Shown: in pieces, positions 15,452-23,829 of the stretch
Position numbering within the stretch: the first letter of the stretch is position 1
Layout of the letters: each line of letters begins with the position of its first letter
Origin: a virus
Virus record (IMG/VR): IMGVR_UViG_3300029619_000014
Location: 1-42,979 of that record
Strand: one strand, 5' to 3'
Length of the DNA stretch: 42,979 nt
Notes under the pieces: model-generated
Database searches by the model: none
Told to the model about the DNA's origin: nothing
Seen by the model: only the letters and a program-made list of their open reading frames with translations
Made by a program: the position numbers and the translations under genes

Positions 15452-16732
15452 TCAGTTCTCCTCGTCCACGTCCGAGTACTCGCCGCAGCTCTCGATGCGG
15501 ACCATGCGATCCTCATACAGGATAAGGCTCGCGTTCTCGAACTTGTAGCCCAGCGTCGAGAACTGATCCAGCGGACCGCCTGCGGTGGCTTTGTCCTTGA
15601 TAATCATCTGGAGGTTGCCGCCCTCCGGGTCGATCATGCCGTAGGCGTCCTTGCCGAGCACCATCGTCGCATACACTGCAAGTCCTCCTGCGCCGCCCTC
15701 GCCCGGCGCGATCACAGCGCCCGCCTCGATGTTGTTGACGTTCTCCTTCACGGTGATGCTGGACGCGGTGTTGCTCGCCACCTCGCACAGCACGTCGCCC
15801 ACAAGGATCAGCCTGCCCTTGAGCGCGTCCGTCGCCACCGTGCCGCCCTCGAACGTGATGCTCTTGCCCGCCGAGGAAATGGCGGTCTTGACCTTGAGCG
15901 TCCGGCTGTCCGAGGCAAGGTCTGCGCCTGCGAAGATCTTCGCCTCGGTCGTCTCCACGAAGCGCACGCCGTGCAGCTCGCCGATCTCGCCGGTGAAAAT
16001 TTCCGTGGTCGCCGCGTACTTGTGCGCCTCGATCCACTCCGCACTGCTGCGCAGGTCATACGCGACGGACGGATGGATGATGGCGATGTACTTGCCATTG
16101 ATGGTCGGCGCTTTGAGCTTCTTGAGCGTGGTCACCGCCTTGTTGATCTCGTCCGGGGTCAGCCGGGCGGTCTTGTCAAGCCCCGCTCTGGTCGCGACCT
16201 TCGTGTGTACGCCGTTTACCACCTTGTCGCAGAGCTGCTTGTTCGTACCGGCGACCATGACGTTGCGCACGAGCTTGTCCTGCGTCGTGCCCGCCGACGC
16301 GCCCAGCTCCGTGGTCGCGCCCAGGATCACGTCGTCGATCGCGTGCAGCTCCAAAAGGTCGGTGACCGCCGTGTATGTGCCGTGCTGCGTCAGCGCCTTG
16401 GAAATGCTCGTAGAGCCGAGCTTCTGCGCCGCCGGGATCACGCCCTCCTGCAGCTCGCCCGCGTCCTCCAGCGTGTTCCACTTGCGGAACTCGATGTTCC
16501 TGCCTCGATTTTTCGGCAGCCCCTTCTTCTTGGCAAACTGGCTGTGCACCAGATTCGCCCGGGCATTTTCCAGCAGCTCCGTGTCGTAGTACTCCTTCAT
16601 CTGCACGCTCAGATCGTTCCTTCCGCTGAAGGATTCCTGCGCGCCGGTGTAGGCGTTCACATAGCCGTCAGTCGCGTTCACCAGCGTCCCGGCGTCCGCC
16701 AAGAGTTGGATGTTGAGTTTCAATGCTTCCAT
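15452..16732 (-). CDS. Major capsid protein (HK97-like fold family), with N-terminal Prp-type propeptide MEALKLNIQLLAD
   Basis: 426-aa ORF after the scaffold gene, very high third-position GC, typical capsid-like sequence, N-terminal motif shared with the scaffold. Confidence 0.88.
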   Translation of the reverse strand: MEALKLNIQLLADAGTLVNATDGYVNAYTGAQESFSGRNDLSVQMKEYYDTELLENARANLVHSQFAKKKGLPKNRGRNIEFRKWNTLEDAGELQEGVIPAAQKLGSTSISKALTQHGTYTAVTDLLELHAIDDVILGATTELGASAGTTQDKLVRNVMVAGTNKQLCDKVVNGVHTKVATRAGLDKTARLTPDEINKAVTTLKKLKAPTINGKYIAIIHPSVAYDLRSSAEWIEAHKYAATTEIFTGEIGELHGVRFVETTEAKIFAGADLASDSRTLKVKTAISSAGKSITFEGGTVATDALKGRLILVGDVLCEVASNTASSITVKENVNNIEAGAVIAPGEGGAGGLAVYATMVLGKDAYGMIDPEGGNLQMIIKDKATAGGPLDQFSTLGYKFENASLILYEDRMVRIESCGEYSDVDEEN

Positions 16733-16753
16733 ATTTGCTCCTTTCCGGGAGCG

Positions 16754-17605
16754 TCAGAATGTAATGCGCTCCCCTCGTGCGACCCGCTTTCTGATCTCCT
16801 CCCGCTGCTGCGGGGTGAGCTTGCGCGGGTCGATTTTTGTTACCTGTCCTGCCGGAGAGCCGAGCGCCCCCTCCTGGGGTCTCATGCCGTTTGCCTGCAC
16901 CTGCGCCACGGTGCGCTGCATCCCATACTGCATCGCCGCCTGCTGGAGGTCTCGGTAGTGCGCCGCCTCGTATGCCTGCATCGGGTCAAAGCCCGCCGTG
17001 AGCAGCGACATAAACGCGCGGTTTCCAAGCTCCGACGAAAGGTCTGCCTGCGGATACCGCTGCTGGACCTCTGCAAAGCTCTCCTGCAATGCCGCGAACC
17101 GCTGCCTCTGCTCCTCCTCGGCGCGCATCTGCGCGCTTTCCTGCTTGAGCCGCGCGTTCTCGCGTTCGGCGTTTTTGATCCGCCGCATCGCGTCCACCGG
17201 CAATCCTGCCTGCGCCGCCTCCTGCTCATACCAGCGGTTGTCCTGCGATAGCTTTTCGCCCAGCGCGTCCAGATCGACCTTGCTCATGTCCGAGGTGTCC
17301 ATGCCGTATATCTGTCCGATCCACGACACGATCGGCAGCAGCTTCTCCATCTGCTGCTTCTGCGCCTCCGCGCCTCTGAGCCTGCCGCGCACCGCCTTCT
17401 GCAAGGCTGCGTTGTACTCCTTCTCGTACCTGCCGCCCTTGCCGGTCAGTGCCTCAAACGTCTCTCCCTGCTGTACCTGTTCGGCGGGTACTTGTGCGCT
17501 CTGCCCCTGCGCCTGCGCGTCCGCAGTTGCCGGAGCTGCCGCACCGCCGGATGTGGCGGGCATCTCTACGCCGTCAGCCAAAAGCTGAATGTTGAGCCTT
17601 TCCAT
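16754..17605 (-). CDS. Scaffolding protein (283 aa, coiled-coil, E/Q/A-rich), N-terminus MERLNIQLLAD
   Basis: Position between portal/Prp and capsid, composition, GGGAGGG RBS. Confidence 0.8.
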   Translation of the reverse strand: MERLNIQLLADGVEMPATSGGAAAPATADAQAQGQSAQVPAEQVQQGETFEALTGKGGRYEKEYNAALQKAVRGRLRGAEAQKQQMEKLLPIVSWIGQIYGMDTSDMSKVDLDALGEKLSQDNRWYEQEAAQAGLPVDAMRRIKNAERENARLKQESAQMRAEEEQRQRFAALQESFAEVQQRYPQADLSSELGNRAFMSLLTAGFDPMQAYEAAHYRDLQQAAMQYGMQRTVAQVQANGMRPQEGALGSPAGQVTKIDPRKLTPQQREEIRKRVARGERITF

Positions 17606-17637
17606 AAAGCCCTCCCGTAAAAATCCTGTGTTGGTAA

Positions 17638-17689
17638 GGCGGTCTCGCGTCCGCCGCCTGTGTTTTTTCGGCGGTCTCGCGTCCGCCGC
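17638..17689. repeat. Direct duplication of a 20-nt hairpin unit GGCGGTCTCGCGTCCGCCGC (17638-17657 and 17670-17689)
   Basis: Exact 20-nt repeat, each copy self-complementary (GGCGG...CCGCC), in the Prp-scaffold intergenic region. Confidence 0.8.
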
Positions 17690-17729
17690 TATTTCACGGG
17701 GTCTCCCCCGTCAAAGCCAATTTCCAAAG

Positions 17730-17782
17730 CCTTCCCCTTGAGGGGAAGGTGGCGCGAAGCGCCGGATGAGGAGAAGCGTTGT
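17730..17782 (+). repeat. Two-hairpin element, copy F (intergenic, between Prp and scaffold)
   Basis: CCTTCCCC-TTGA-GGGGAAGG (17730-17749), GGCGC-GAA-GCGCC (17751-17763), tail GGATGAGGAGAAGCGTTG. Confidence 0.85.
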
Positions 17783-17804
17783 ACATTCCGCGCTGTCGCC
17801 ACGT

Positions 17805-18119
17805 TTACTGCTCCCTCTCGAATCGCACATTCTGCGGATACTCATGCGCCACCATCTGCATTCCCAGCAGTGCCGTGTCCCACATCGCCCGCACCACCCG
17901 CTCACGCTTCGGCGCGCACGCAATGGTGATGTCTCCTGGCTGCATATCCACCACCGGCTCTGCCCGCAGCAGCCCCTCGCTTTCCGCTCTTAGGAGCATC
18001 CCGCCCAGCGCGTAGGAGAGGATCGTCACCGCCGCGCAGACAATATCCTGCCCCGCCGGAGCGTATCCCGCGTGCCCTGTGATCCGCAGGCTGTAGCCTT
18101 TACACTGGATGCTTATCAT
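17805..18119 (-). CDS. prp: Prp-like cysteine protease (ribosomal-processing protease family) for capsid/scaffold propeptide removal
   Basis: ITGHAGYAPAGQDIVCAAVTILSYAL carries the His/Cys dyad pattern of Prp (DUF464). The ATG at 18119 is preceded by GGAGGGG (the track starts at GTG 18125). Confidence 0.8.
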   Translation of the reverse strand: MISIQCKGYSLRITGHAGYAPAGQDIVCAAVTILSYALGGMLLRAESEGLLRAEPVVDMQPGDITIACAPKRERVVRAMWDTALLGMQMVAHEYPQNVRFEREQ

Positions 18120-18121
18120 GC

Positions 18122-20047
18122 TCACCCCTCCGGCTGTGACGCCTGCTGCGCCCTCTGCCGCGCGTTCGCGGTCACACTGCTCTCCTTCTCCCCGGTCTCA
18201 AGGCTCACATCCGTGTTTCCCTGCGGCACAGTCTGCCCCGCCCCGGAGAGGATCGCCTGCGCCAGCCCGTCCGCCTTTTCCGGCGCGTACTGCTGTACGA
18301 GCTGCAAGGCAAACTGCTGCCACTGCGCGAGCTGCTGCTGTAGATCTCCGTTTGCCCGGATCTTCTGCATCACCTCGTACTTGTCCTCAAAATCCATCAT
18401 GTCCAGGCACGCCATCGCCTGCGGCGCGAGCTGCGGGTTGAAGAATCCGAGATTGTAAAACTGCAAAGCCAATTCGTTCTGCGCAAGCTTTGTGTATTCC
18501 GTCTGCTTCTGCGCCGAAACAATGATGTCGAATACCGGCTTCCGCCCGCCTGCCTTTAGCCCCTCGTTGGAATACGTCACATACTCGTCCGCCCCCAGCG
18601 CCCCTGTGATGCGGAATCTGCGCGGCAGGTCATAAAACTGCCGGATGCGCTCGATCACCATTCCGATCATCCGCCGGTACGCGCGGTACGCGCTCTTCGT
18701 CGCGTCCTTGCTGCTCCTGCCGGAGGCTTCCTGCAAGGCTGCGATCGCTGACGCAGCGGTCACGCCGCCGCCCGCCGAGCCGTTGTTGACGTCCGTGTTG
18801 CCCGTCACCCACTTGAGCTCCTCGATCTTGCTCGCCCGCATCTCCAGATAATTCCCGCTCAGAGGATTCACCACGATCTGCGCCAGCGAATCCTGCCCCA
18901 GATTGCCGTCGGTGTGTACAAACGGCTTTGTCCAGTCGGCAAATTCCTTCTCGTTGATCGCGGCGTCGCTTCGCGCGAACCATCGCGGGCTCGCCGCCAT
19001 GATCGTATTTTTGACGATTGCCTGATCCATGCGGTCGATCTGCTCCTGCGCGCTCTTGCCGATGTCGATATAGCCGTAGCCGCAGATGCTCCCTTTCACC
19101 GGGAACAGCGCGTCGAATACGAACGGATACTCGCCATCGGTGTAAAACCCGACCTCGGCAGGCGCTTGCGCAATGGGCACGTCCAGCACCGTCCCGTCCG
19201 CCTGCGGCATCTGCATCACGGGCGGCTGCGTGTCGTTTTCCGACGCATACAGCACCTCGTCGCCGCAAAACTTGCAGTAGTGCAAAAGCGTTTTTCCGCC
19301 CACGCGCTTTTTGTAATACCACTCCACCACCAGCGCCTGCTCGCCTCTCTGCTGGTCGTCGTCTGTTTTATACTGCGCCAGCGTCAGCGCGCTCCCCTTG
19401 AGCTTGCCCTCCAGCTGCGGATACCGGCTCACAAGGTCGCTCTTGTCATACGCCCGGACGAAAAAGACGTTTTGCGAATCCTGAATGTCTTTAATGCCCG
19501 GCTGCCAAAAGATGTTGAGCACGTCCACGCCGCAGATCGCCACGTCGCCCAAGCCACCTAGCTTGCTGCTGTCCCATAAAACGGACCAAATGAGCGTCCC
19601 CGACTGCACCTTGTCCCACAGCGTATCGCTGTATACCTGCTCAAAATCGTTGTGCTCCAAAATGCACGGCACGATCTGACTGAGCATCCGCGCCTCCAGC
19701 GCGTCCGTCTGCTCGCGCGGTCGTAGGTTTGCCTCCGGGTATGCCTGGATGCCGTCCGCGTGCTTACCCATCAGGACGTTAAACAGCCACCCGCTCGCAG
19801 GTCGGTCGTCGCGGGGATTGCCCTTTTCGTCAAACTGTCCCCACTGCCGCAGCTTCCACCACTCGTTGTTGGCGATCACGCGGTTTTCAAGCTGCGTCTT
19901 GCCGCTCTTGTACTGGATCAGCGTCTGCATCGCCGTGCGCACCTGCTCCGCCCCGATCGGCTGCACCTGCGCCTCCCGCAAAACTTCCTCCACCTGCGTT
20001 ACCTGTTCGTTCTCTCCCATTTCATCCTCCATGCTTTTCCGCCCCAT
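18122..20047 (-). CDS. Portal protein (641 aa)
   Basis: Large ORF immediately downstream of TerL, with portal-like size and sequence character. Confidence 0.88.
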   Translation of the reverse strand: MGRKSMEDEMGENEQVTQVEEVLREAQVQPIGAEQVRTAMQTLIQYKSGKTQLENRVIANNEWWKLRQWGQFDEKGNPRDDRPASGWLFNVLMGKHADGIQAYPEANLRPREQTDALEARMLSQIVPCILEHNDFEQVYSDTLWDKVQSGTLIWSVLWDSSKLGGLGDVAICGVDVLNIFWQPGIKDIQDSQNVFFVRAYDKSDLVSRYPQLEGKLKGSALTLAQYKTDDDQQRGEQALVVEWYYKKRVGGKTLLHYCKFCGDEVLYASENDTQPPVMQMPQADGTVLDVPIAQAPAEVGFYTDGEYPFVFDALFPVKGSICGYGYIDIGKSAQEQIDRMDQAIVKNTIMAASPRWFARSDAAINEKEFADWTKPFVHTDGNLGQDSLAQIVVNPLSGNYLEMRASKIEELKWVTGNTDVNNGSAGGGVTAASAIAALQEASGRSSKDATKSAYRAYRRMIGMVIERIRQFYDLPRRFRITGALGADEYVTYSNEGLKAGGRKPVFDIIVSAQKQTEYTKLAQNELALQFYNLGFFNPQLAPQAMACLDMMDFEDKYEVMQKIRANGDLQQQLAQWQQFALQLVQQYAPEKADGLAQAILSGAGQTVPQGNTDVSLETGEKESSVTANARQRAQQASQPEG

Positions 20048-20083
20048 ATCTCCCCGTGTTGGAAGCTATCGCCGCACCCCTTG

Positions 20084-20145
20084 CCTTCCCCTCGGGGGGG
20101 AAGGTGGCGCGAAGCGCCGGATGAGGGGAAGGGTCGTTGTTTCTG
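20084..20145 (+). repeat. Two-hairpin element, copy G (intergenic, between TerL and portal)
   Basis: CCTTCCCC-TCGGG-GGGGAAGG (20084-20104), GGCGC-GAA-GCGCC (20106-20118), tail GGATGAGGGGAAGGGTCGTTGTTTCTG. Confidence 0.85.
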
Positions 20146-20163
20146 GGCTGTTCCGCGTTTGCG

Positions 20164-21516
20164 CTATCCCCCAAACTGATCCAGCGGGTCGTTGAGCAGC
20201 ACCCGCCGCGCCACCGGGCGCATCGCCTTGATCGGTCGGCTCATGCAAAAATACCGTACCTCGTCGCACGCATGATCCTCCATCGTCGTATCCAGATCCT
20301 CGACGTGCGTCTTGGAGTACATCATCATCGGCATCGTGCGGATAATGGCGTCGCAGCCCTTGAAAAAATACATCCGCGCGTAGCCGCCCTCGTCAAATTG
20401 CAGCCGGTAATGCACTTGCATCCAGCCAGATATCCGGGCGTTGTCGCCCTTGGAAAAGTACACCCCGTACCGCGCCGCCGTCTGCGCGATGCTCTCGCCG
20501 TGCGACGCGTCCCAGATCGCGGGGTCTGCCACGCCCTGTATCTCCTTGCCCCGCAGCCACGGGTGTTCCCGCTCTGTCCTGCGTATCTCCTCAAACTGCC
20601 GGTCCGGCGACCACTTTACGCCCTCGTTCGGCTCGCCTGTCCAGCCGTAAAGCTCCAGAATGCGGTACAGCACGCCGTCGTAATCCACCGCCCACCACGC
20701 GCAGGAAAACGGCTTTCCGTAGCCGAAATCGTAGCTCCTGTAGATTCTCCATCCCGCGTCCGGCTCAAACGGCGCGATGACGTGCGTAAATCGCCTGTCC
20801 TCGTAGTGCGCCGGGTCGTCGCGGAACTCCTCGAAGAACTGCCCCTCGAATACGTCCCAGCGCCCTTCCAGCCACGCCGCCCGCTGCGCCGGCGGCAGGC
20901 TCTTGAGGTTGCTCAAATACTCCGGCTGCGCCTCCATCAGCGCCTTGTTGTCCGTCACCAGCGCCTGGATAAAGCTGTAGTCCTCCGGGTTTTCCCTGCC
21001 CTCAAAGCGCCGGTCAACGAAAAGCCGCTTGAAATACCCGTGGCTCGGACCGCCGGGGTTGAGCGTGTAATACGTCCGCTTCGGAAAAATGTTCACGCCG
21101 CGCACCGTGGCGTTGATAAGCCTGATCCACTGCTCCTGGAGCTGCCCCGCCTCGTCGAAGAAGATCACGTCGTATTCCTGCCCCTGATACTGCGCCACAT
21201 CGCCGTCATTGCGGCAGTACCCAAGCATTATTCGCGACCCATTGCCAAATGTGAACACTTTGCTCGTCTGGTTGTATTGCGCCACGCCGTGCAAAAGCTG
21301 CATCAGCGGCAGCACATGGTTGTTATACAGCTCCGGGTACGTCTTGCGCACAATGAGCACCTTGATTCCCGCCCATGCGCCGCAGAGTAAAAACGCCTTG
21401 ATGCGCACCGCCCAGCTCTTCCCACCGCCGCGCGCGCCGCCGTATGCCACATGGCGGTGCGTGTCCGTCAAAAACTGCCGCTGCTTGTCGCTGGGATTGA
21501 TCTTGATCGTCCTCAT
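20164..21516 (-). CDS. terL: Terminase large subunit
   Basis: Walker A-like VAYGGARGGGKSWA near the N-terminus; acidic nuclease-half motifs; overlaps the TerS stop. Confidence 0.92.
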   Translation of the reverse strand: MRTIKINPSDKQRQFLTDTHRHVAYGGARGGGKSWAVRIKAFLLCGAWAGIKVLIVRKTYPELYNNHVLPLMQLLHGVAQYNQTSKVFTFGNGSRIMLGYCRNDGDVAQYQGQEYDVIFFDEAGQLQEQWIRLINATVRGVNIFPKRTYYTLNPGGPSHGYFKRLFVDRRFEGRENPEDYSFIQALVTDNKALMEAQPEYLSNLKSLPPAQRAAWLEGRWDVFEGQFFEEFRDDPAHYEDRRFTHVIAPFEPDAGWRIYRSYDFGYGKPFSCAWWAVDYDGVLYRILELYGWTGEPNEGVKWSPDRQFEEIRRTEREHPWLRGKEIQGVADPAIWDASHGESIAQTAARYGVYFSKGDNARISGWMQVHYRLQFDEGGYARMYFFKGCDAIIRTMPMMMYSKTHVEDLDTTMEDHACDEVRYFCMSRPIKAMRPVARRVLLNDPLDQFGG

Positions 21517-22004
21517 CTCGCCATATCTTGCATCGCGTTCTCAAATTCCACTCGCGCCCCGCTCTCCTTCGGCGCGGCGTCGTTCCAGCCGAACTTGCAG
21601 CCCAGCGCGTACTTCGCGCCTGAAGCCCGGCTCGTTGCGAGCTGCCGGATGTGGAATGCCTCGATCCGCTGCTCTGCTCTCATGCAGATCAGCTCATAGC
21701 CCGCCTGCTGCCGCAGCTCCAGCCAGTCTGCATCGCTCATGCCCAGCGCCAGCAGCAGCCCCGGCAGGCTCGGCGGCTCGATCCACTGCGTCGCCATCGC
21801 CTGCCGCTTGCCGTGCATCACCGCCTCCAGCCTGTACAGGGGATGTCCGTAGCCGTCCAGCGCCTGCACGGTGATCGTCTCGCCGCCGATCACCTGCTCC
21901 TGCGTCACCGGCACGCGCCGGTATACCGGCTCGTCGTAGCTGATCTCGGCAAAGTATCGCCGCACCGCAGAGCCAAGCCTTGCAGGGCTGTCCAGCCGCT
22001 TCAT
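21513..22004 (-). CDS. terS: Terminase small subunit (163 aa)
   Basis: Position immediately upstream of and coupled to terL; size and sequence typical of small terminases. Confidence 0.72.
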   Translation of the reverse strand: MKRLDSPARLGSAVRRYFAEISYDEPVYRRVPVTQEQVIGGETITVQALDGYGHPLYRLEAVMHGKRQAMATQWIEPPSLPGLLLALGMSDADWLELRQQAGYELICMRAEQRIEAFHIRQLATSRASGAKYALGCKFGWNDAAPKESGARVEFENAMQDMAR

Positions 22005-22033
22005 CCGCGCACCCCCTTTTTCTTCCTGCTAAG

Positions 22034-22072
22034 AGTATATCAGAGCCGACGCGAAAATCTCTAGTGCACCTT
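22034..22072 (-). promoter_or_regulatory. Promoter-like site P-pack: AAGGTGCACTAGAGATTT - 18-nt spacer from TAGAGA - TGA-TATACT
   Basis: The 13-nt motif GGTGCACTAGAGA (22058-22070) is identical to those at 42829-41 and 24769-81. An extended -10 TGATATACT (22034-22042) lies ~30 nt upstream of the terS ATG. The motif sits in the loop of a 12-bp hairpin (22044-22082). Confidence 0.55.
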
Positions 22073-22189
22073 CGCGTCGGCTGAAACCGTTGGTATGACT
22101 GGCTTTGCGCCATTTCTTCCAAATTCCAGAAACGCAGATACGCCGACCGGCGGCGCTGAAGCTCTCAGCGTCGCTCCCTGTTTGCCCGC

Positions 22190-22405
22190 TCACTCCGCGT
22201 CGTACAGCATCGTCAGCATACGGTTTATCTCGCACTTTTCCCAATTTCGGCAGCAGTACTCCCGTATCTGCCGCTTCTTTTCCGCCATGCGCTCATAACG
22301 CAGGACGATCTTTGATCGGTTTTCCAGCCCCTCGCACTGGATCTCCCACTTGTTGTCCGCCTTGTAAAACGGGCAGCCCACGTCCGGGTTCTGCCATCCC
22401 TGCAT
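22190..22405 (-). CDS. Small Cys-containing protein (71 aa)
   Basis: GGAGGTGGAG RBS before the ATG at 22405; clean protein-like sequence MQGWQNPDVGCPFYKADNKWEIQCEG... Confidence 0.6.
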   Translation of the reverse strand: MQGWQNPDVGCPFYKADNKWEIQCEGLENRSKIVLRYERMAEKKRQIREYCCRNWEKCEINRMLTMLYDAE

Positions 22406-23186
22406 CCTGCGTCTCCACCTCCCATAGCTTCACATAGCGTATGTACTGCGGCTCGATGCGGCTGTTTTCCGCCCGCTCCAACAGCGAGCACCCCGCCGGC
22501 ACGCGCAGCTCGGCGTCGGAATGCACCGTGCGCTCATAGTCCGGCACGGGGTGGATAAGATTGCGGCTCGGCTTGTAGCGCTTTTCGTCCTTCCCCGCCC
22601 GCACCTGGCGCAGGAGATATGCCACTAGGTCGTTGTGATCCGGCTCATCCCATAGCCGCTTGGCTCGCACCTCTCCGCAGCGCCACTTGTCCGCGCACGC
22701 CTGCGCGCTGTCCGGGTCTACGATCACATGGTGGTGCAGGCGTGCAGGCTCGCCCGTCTTGCCGTTGCGGTCGGACGTGATCGCGAAATATCGCGCGCAC
22801 GCGCCCCCCTTCGCGCGCGCGCGACGAACTCGCCGCAGCCAAAGCTCCAGCTCCCGCTCCGCCTGATCGCGCAGTGTGTCCTCCGTCAGCTCCTGCCCAA
22901 GTGCGCGCACCCGGTCTGCGAGCTTGCCGATCGCCTCGTCCGTGTAGGTCAGCTCCAGCAGCACGCCGTCCGTGCGGTAAAAGCTCGCGTTTACCATCCG
23001 GCATACCGCCCGCATACCCTGTCCGGCTTTCCGCTCCTGCCGCGCGATCTCGCGCCTCGTTTTCTCGCGATTTGCGGCAATGGCATCCGGCACGCGGAAT
23101 TTGATCTTCTCCACCGTCTGTCCGACGGTGTAGCATCTCACCTTCCACGTCCCTTCCTGCCGCACCGGCAGCCACCGTCTTTCCAT
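22293..23186 (-). CDS. Putative HUH-type rolling-circle replication initiator (297 aa)
   Basis: Motif order LLELTYTDE ... ARLHHHVIV ... LVAYLLRQV/KRYKPS resembles RCR Rep motifs 1-3. The last ~37 codons overlap the next gene and look non-protein-like. Confidence 0.55.
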   Translation of the reverse strand: MERRWLPVRQEGTWKVRCYTVGQTVEKIKFRVPDAIAANREKTRREIARQERKAGQGMRAVCRMVNASFYRTDGVLLELTYTDEAIGKLADRVRALGQELTEDTLRDQAERELELWLRRVRRARAKGGACARYFAITSDRNGKTGEPARLHHHVIVDPDSAQACADKWRCGEVRAKRLWDEPDHNDLVAYLLRQVRAGKDEKRYKPSRNLIHPVPDYERTVHSDAELRVPAGCSLLERAENSRIEPQYIRYVKLWEVETQDAGMAEPGRGLPVLQGGQQVGDPVRGAGKPIKDRPAL

Positions 23187-23366
23187 CGCCCTGTCCCCTT
23201 TTTATATAAAAATGGTCGTAAACCTTCGCGCCTAGCAAGTTCCGCTACGCGCCCGCGCGCGTATATATAATGTATGTCCGCCAATCCCGGCGTCTCGATC
23301 CAGCGCGGCAAAACCGCGCTCGACCCAACCGCCCGAAAAAAATCTGATTTTTTTGTAAATTACCCC

Positions 23367-23395
23367 TTGACATTTGCGCTCATTGAGCGTATATT
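23367..23395 (+). promoter_or_regulatory. Sigma-70-type promoter TTGACA-17 nt-TATATT with a 13-bp palindromic operator CGCTCA-T-TGAGCG in the spacer
   Basis: TTGACA 23367-23372, TATATT 23390-23395, palindrome 23377-23389; 45 nt upstream of the 23441 ATG. Confidence 0.72.
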
Positions 23396-23440
23396 ATGAC
23401 CATAAGATAAATCACGCCGCAAGGCAAGGAGGAAAACAAA

Positions 23441-23728
23441 ATGAAAAAGACTTACATCCAGTTCAGATTCAATTCCGCTTTCGTTTCCCGCCACGATGGC
23501 AACGAGCAGTTCGCTCTGTACGCCGATGTTGATGCCGTCTACGGCGGCTGGCTTGCCGAGACATCCGGCGAGCCGATGTGCCTCAATGCGCTTGAGGATG
23601 CAGGCTGCGATGGGGTGATTGCAGAGATCTCCAGAATCATCTCTGATCCGGCAACTCCGTGGGAATCTCTGCGTGAGGAAGATACGGAGTACATCCGCGA
23701 CACCCTCGCAGCATGGGGGATTAAATAA
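23441..23728 (+). CDS. Small acidic protein (95 aa)
   Basis: AAGGAGG RBS; first gene of the plus-strand operon. Confidence 0.72.
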   Translation: MKKTYIQFRFNSAFVSRHDGNEQFALYADVDAVYGGWLAETSGEPMCLNALEDAGCDGVIAEISRIISDPATPWESLREEDTEYIRDTLAAWGIK

Positions 23729-23829
23729 TGGATCGGGTCTGCGCGCTTTGCGGCGCGCACTTTGACGGCAACAGCCGGAGCATCCATTGTCCGGCTTGCC
23801 GGAAAACCACGCTCGACCCAACTGCCTGA
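23728..23829 (+). CDS. 33-aa zinc-ribbon micro-protein (MDRVCALCGAHFDGNSRSIHCPACRKTTLDPTA)
   Basis: The ATG overlaps the upstream TAA (TAATG); two CxxC pairs; too short for the ORF track. Confidence 0.45.
   Translation: MDRVCALCGAHFDGNSRSIHCPACRKTTLDPTA

Noticed and set aside
15350-17251. 633-aa plus-strand ORF, and similar ones at 20137-21390 and 34880-36823
   Set aside because: They overlap the capsid/scaffold, terminase and late genes in antisense. Their composition is not protein-like and they have no RBS.
18630-19322. Long same-strand alternative-frame ORFs (18630-19322, 15513-16037, 22645-23238, 27677-28195 upstream part, 28548-29510 upstream part, 36892-37782 upstream part, 31602-31832)
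   Set aside because: They have R/G/A-rich junk composition and overlap well-supported genes. Shorter in-frame starts with good RBSs explain the real genes. The nested ORF in dcm is the one exception, and it is reported.
23187-23300. Promoter for the Rep-like gene in the divergent region
   Set aside because: AT-rich TATATA/TATAAT strings are present, but I could not pair any with a -35 at proper spacing on the minus strand. It is left unannotated.
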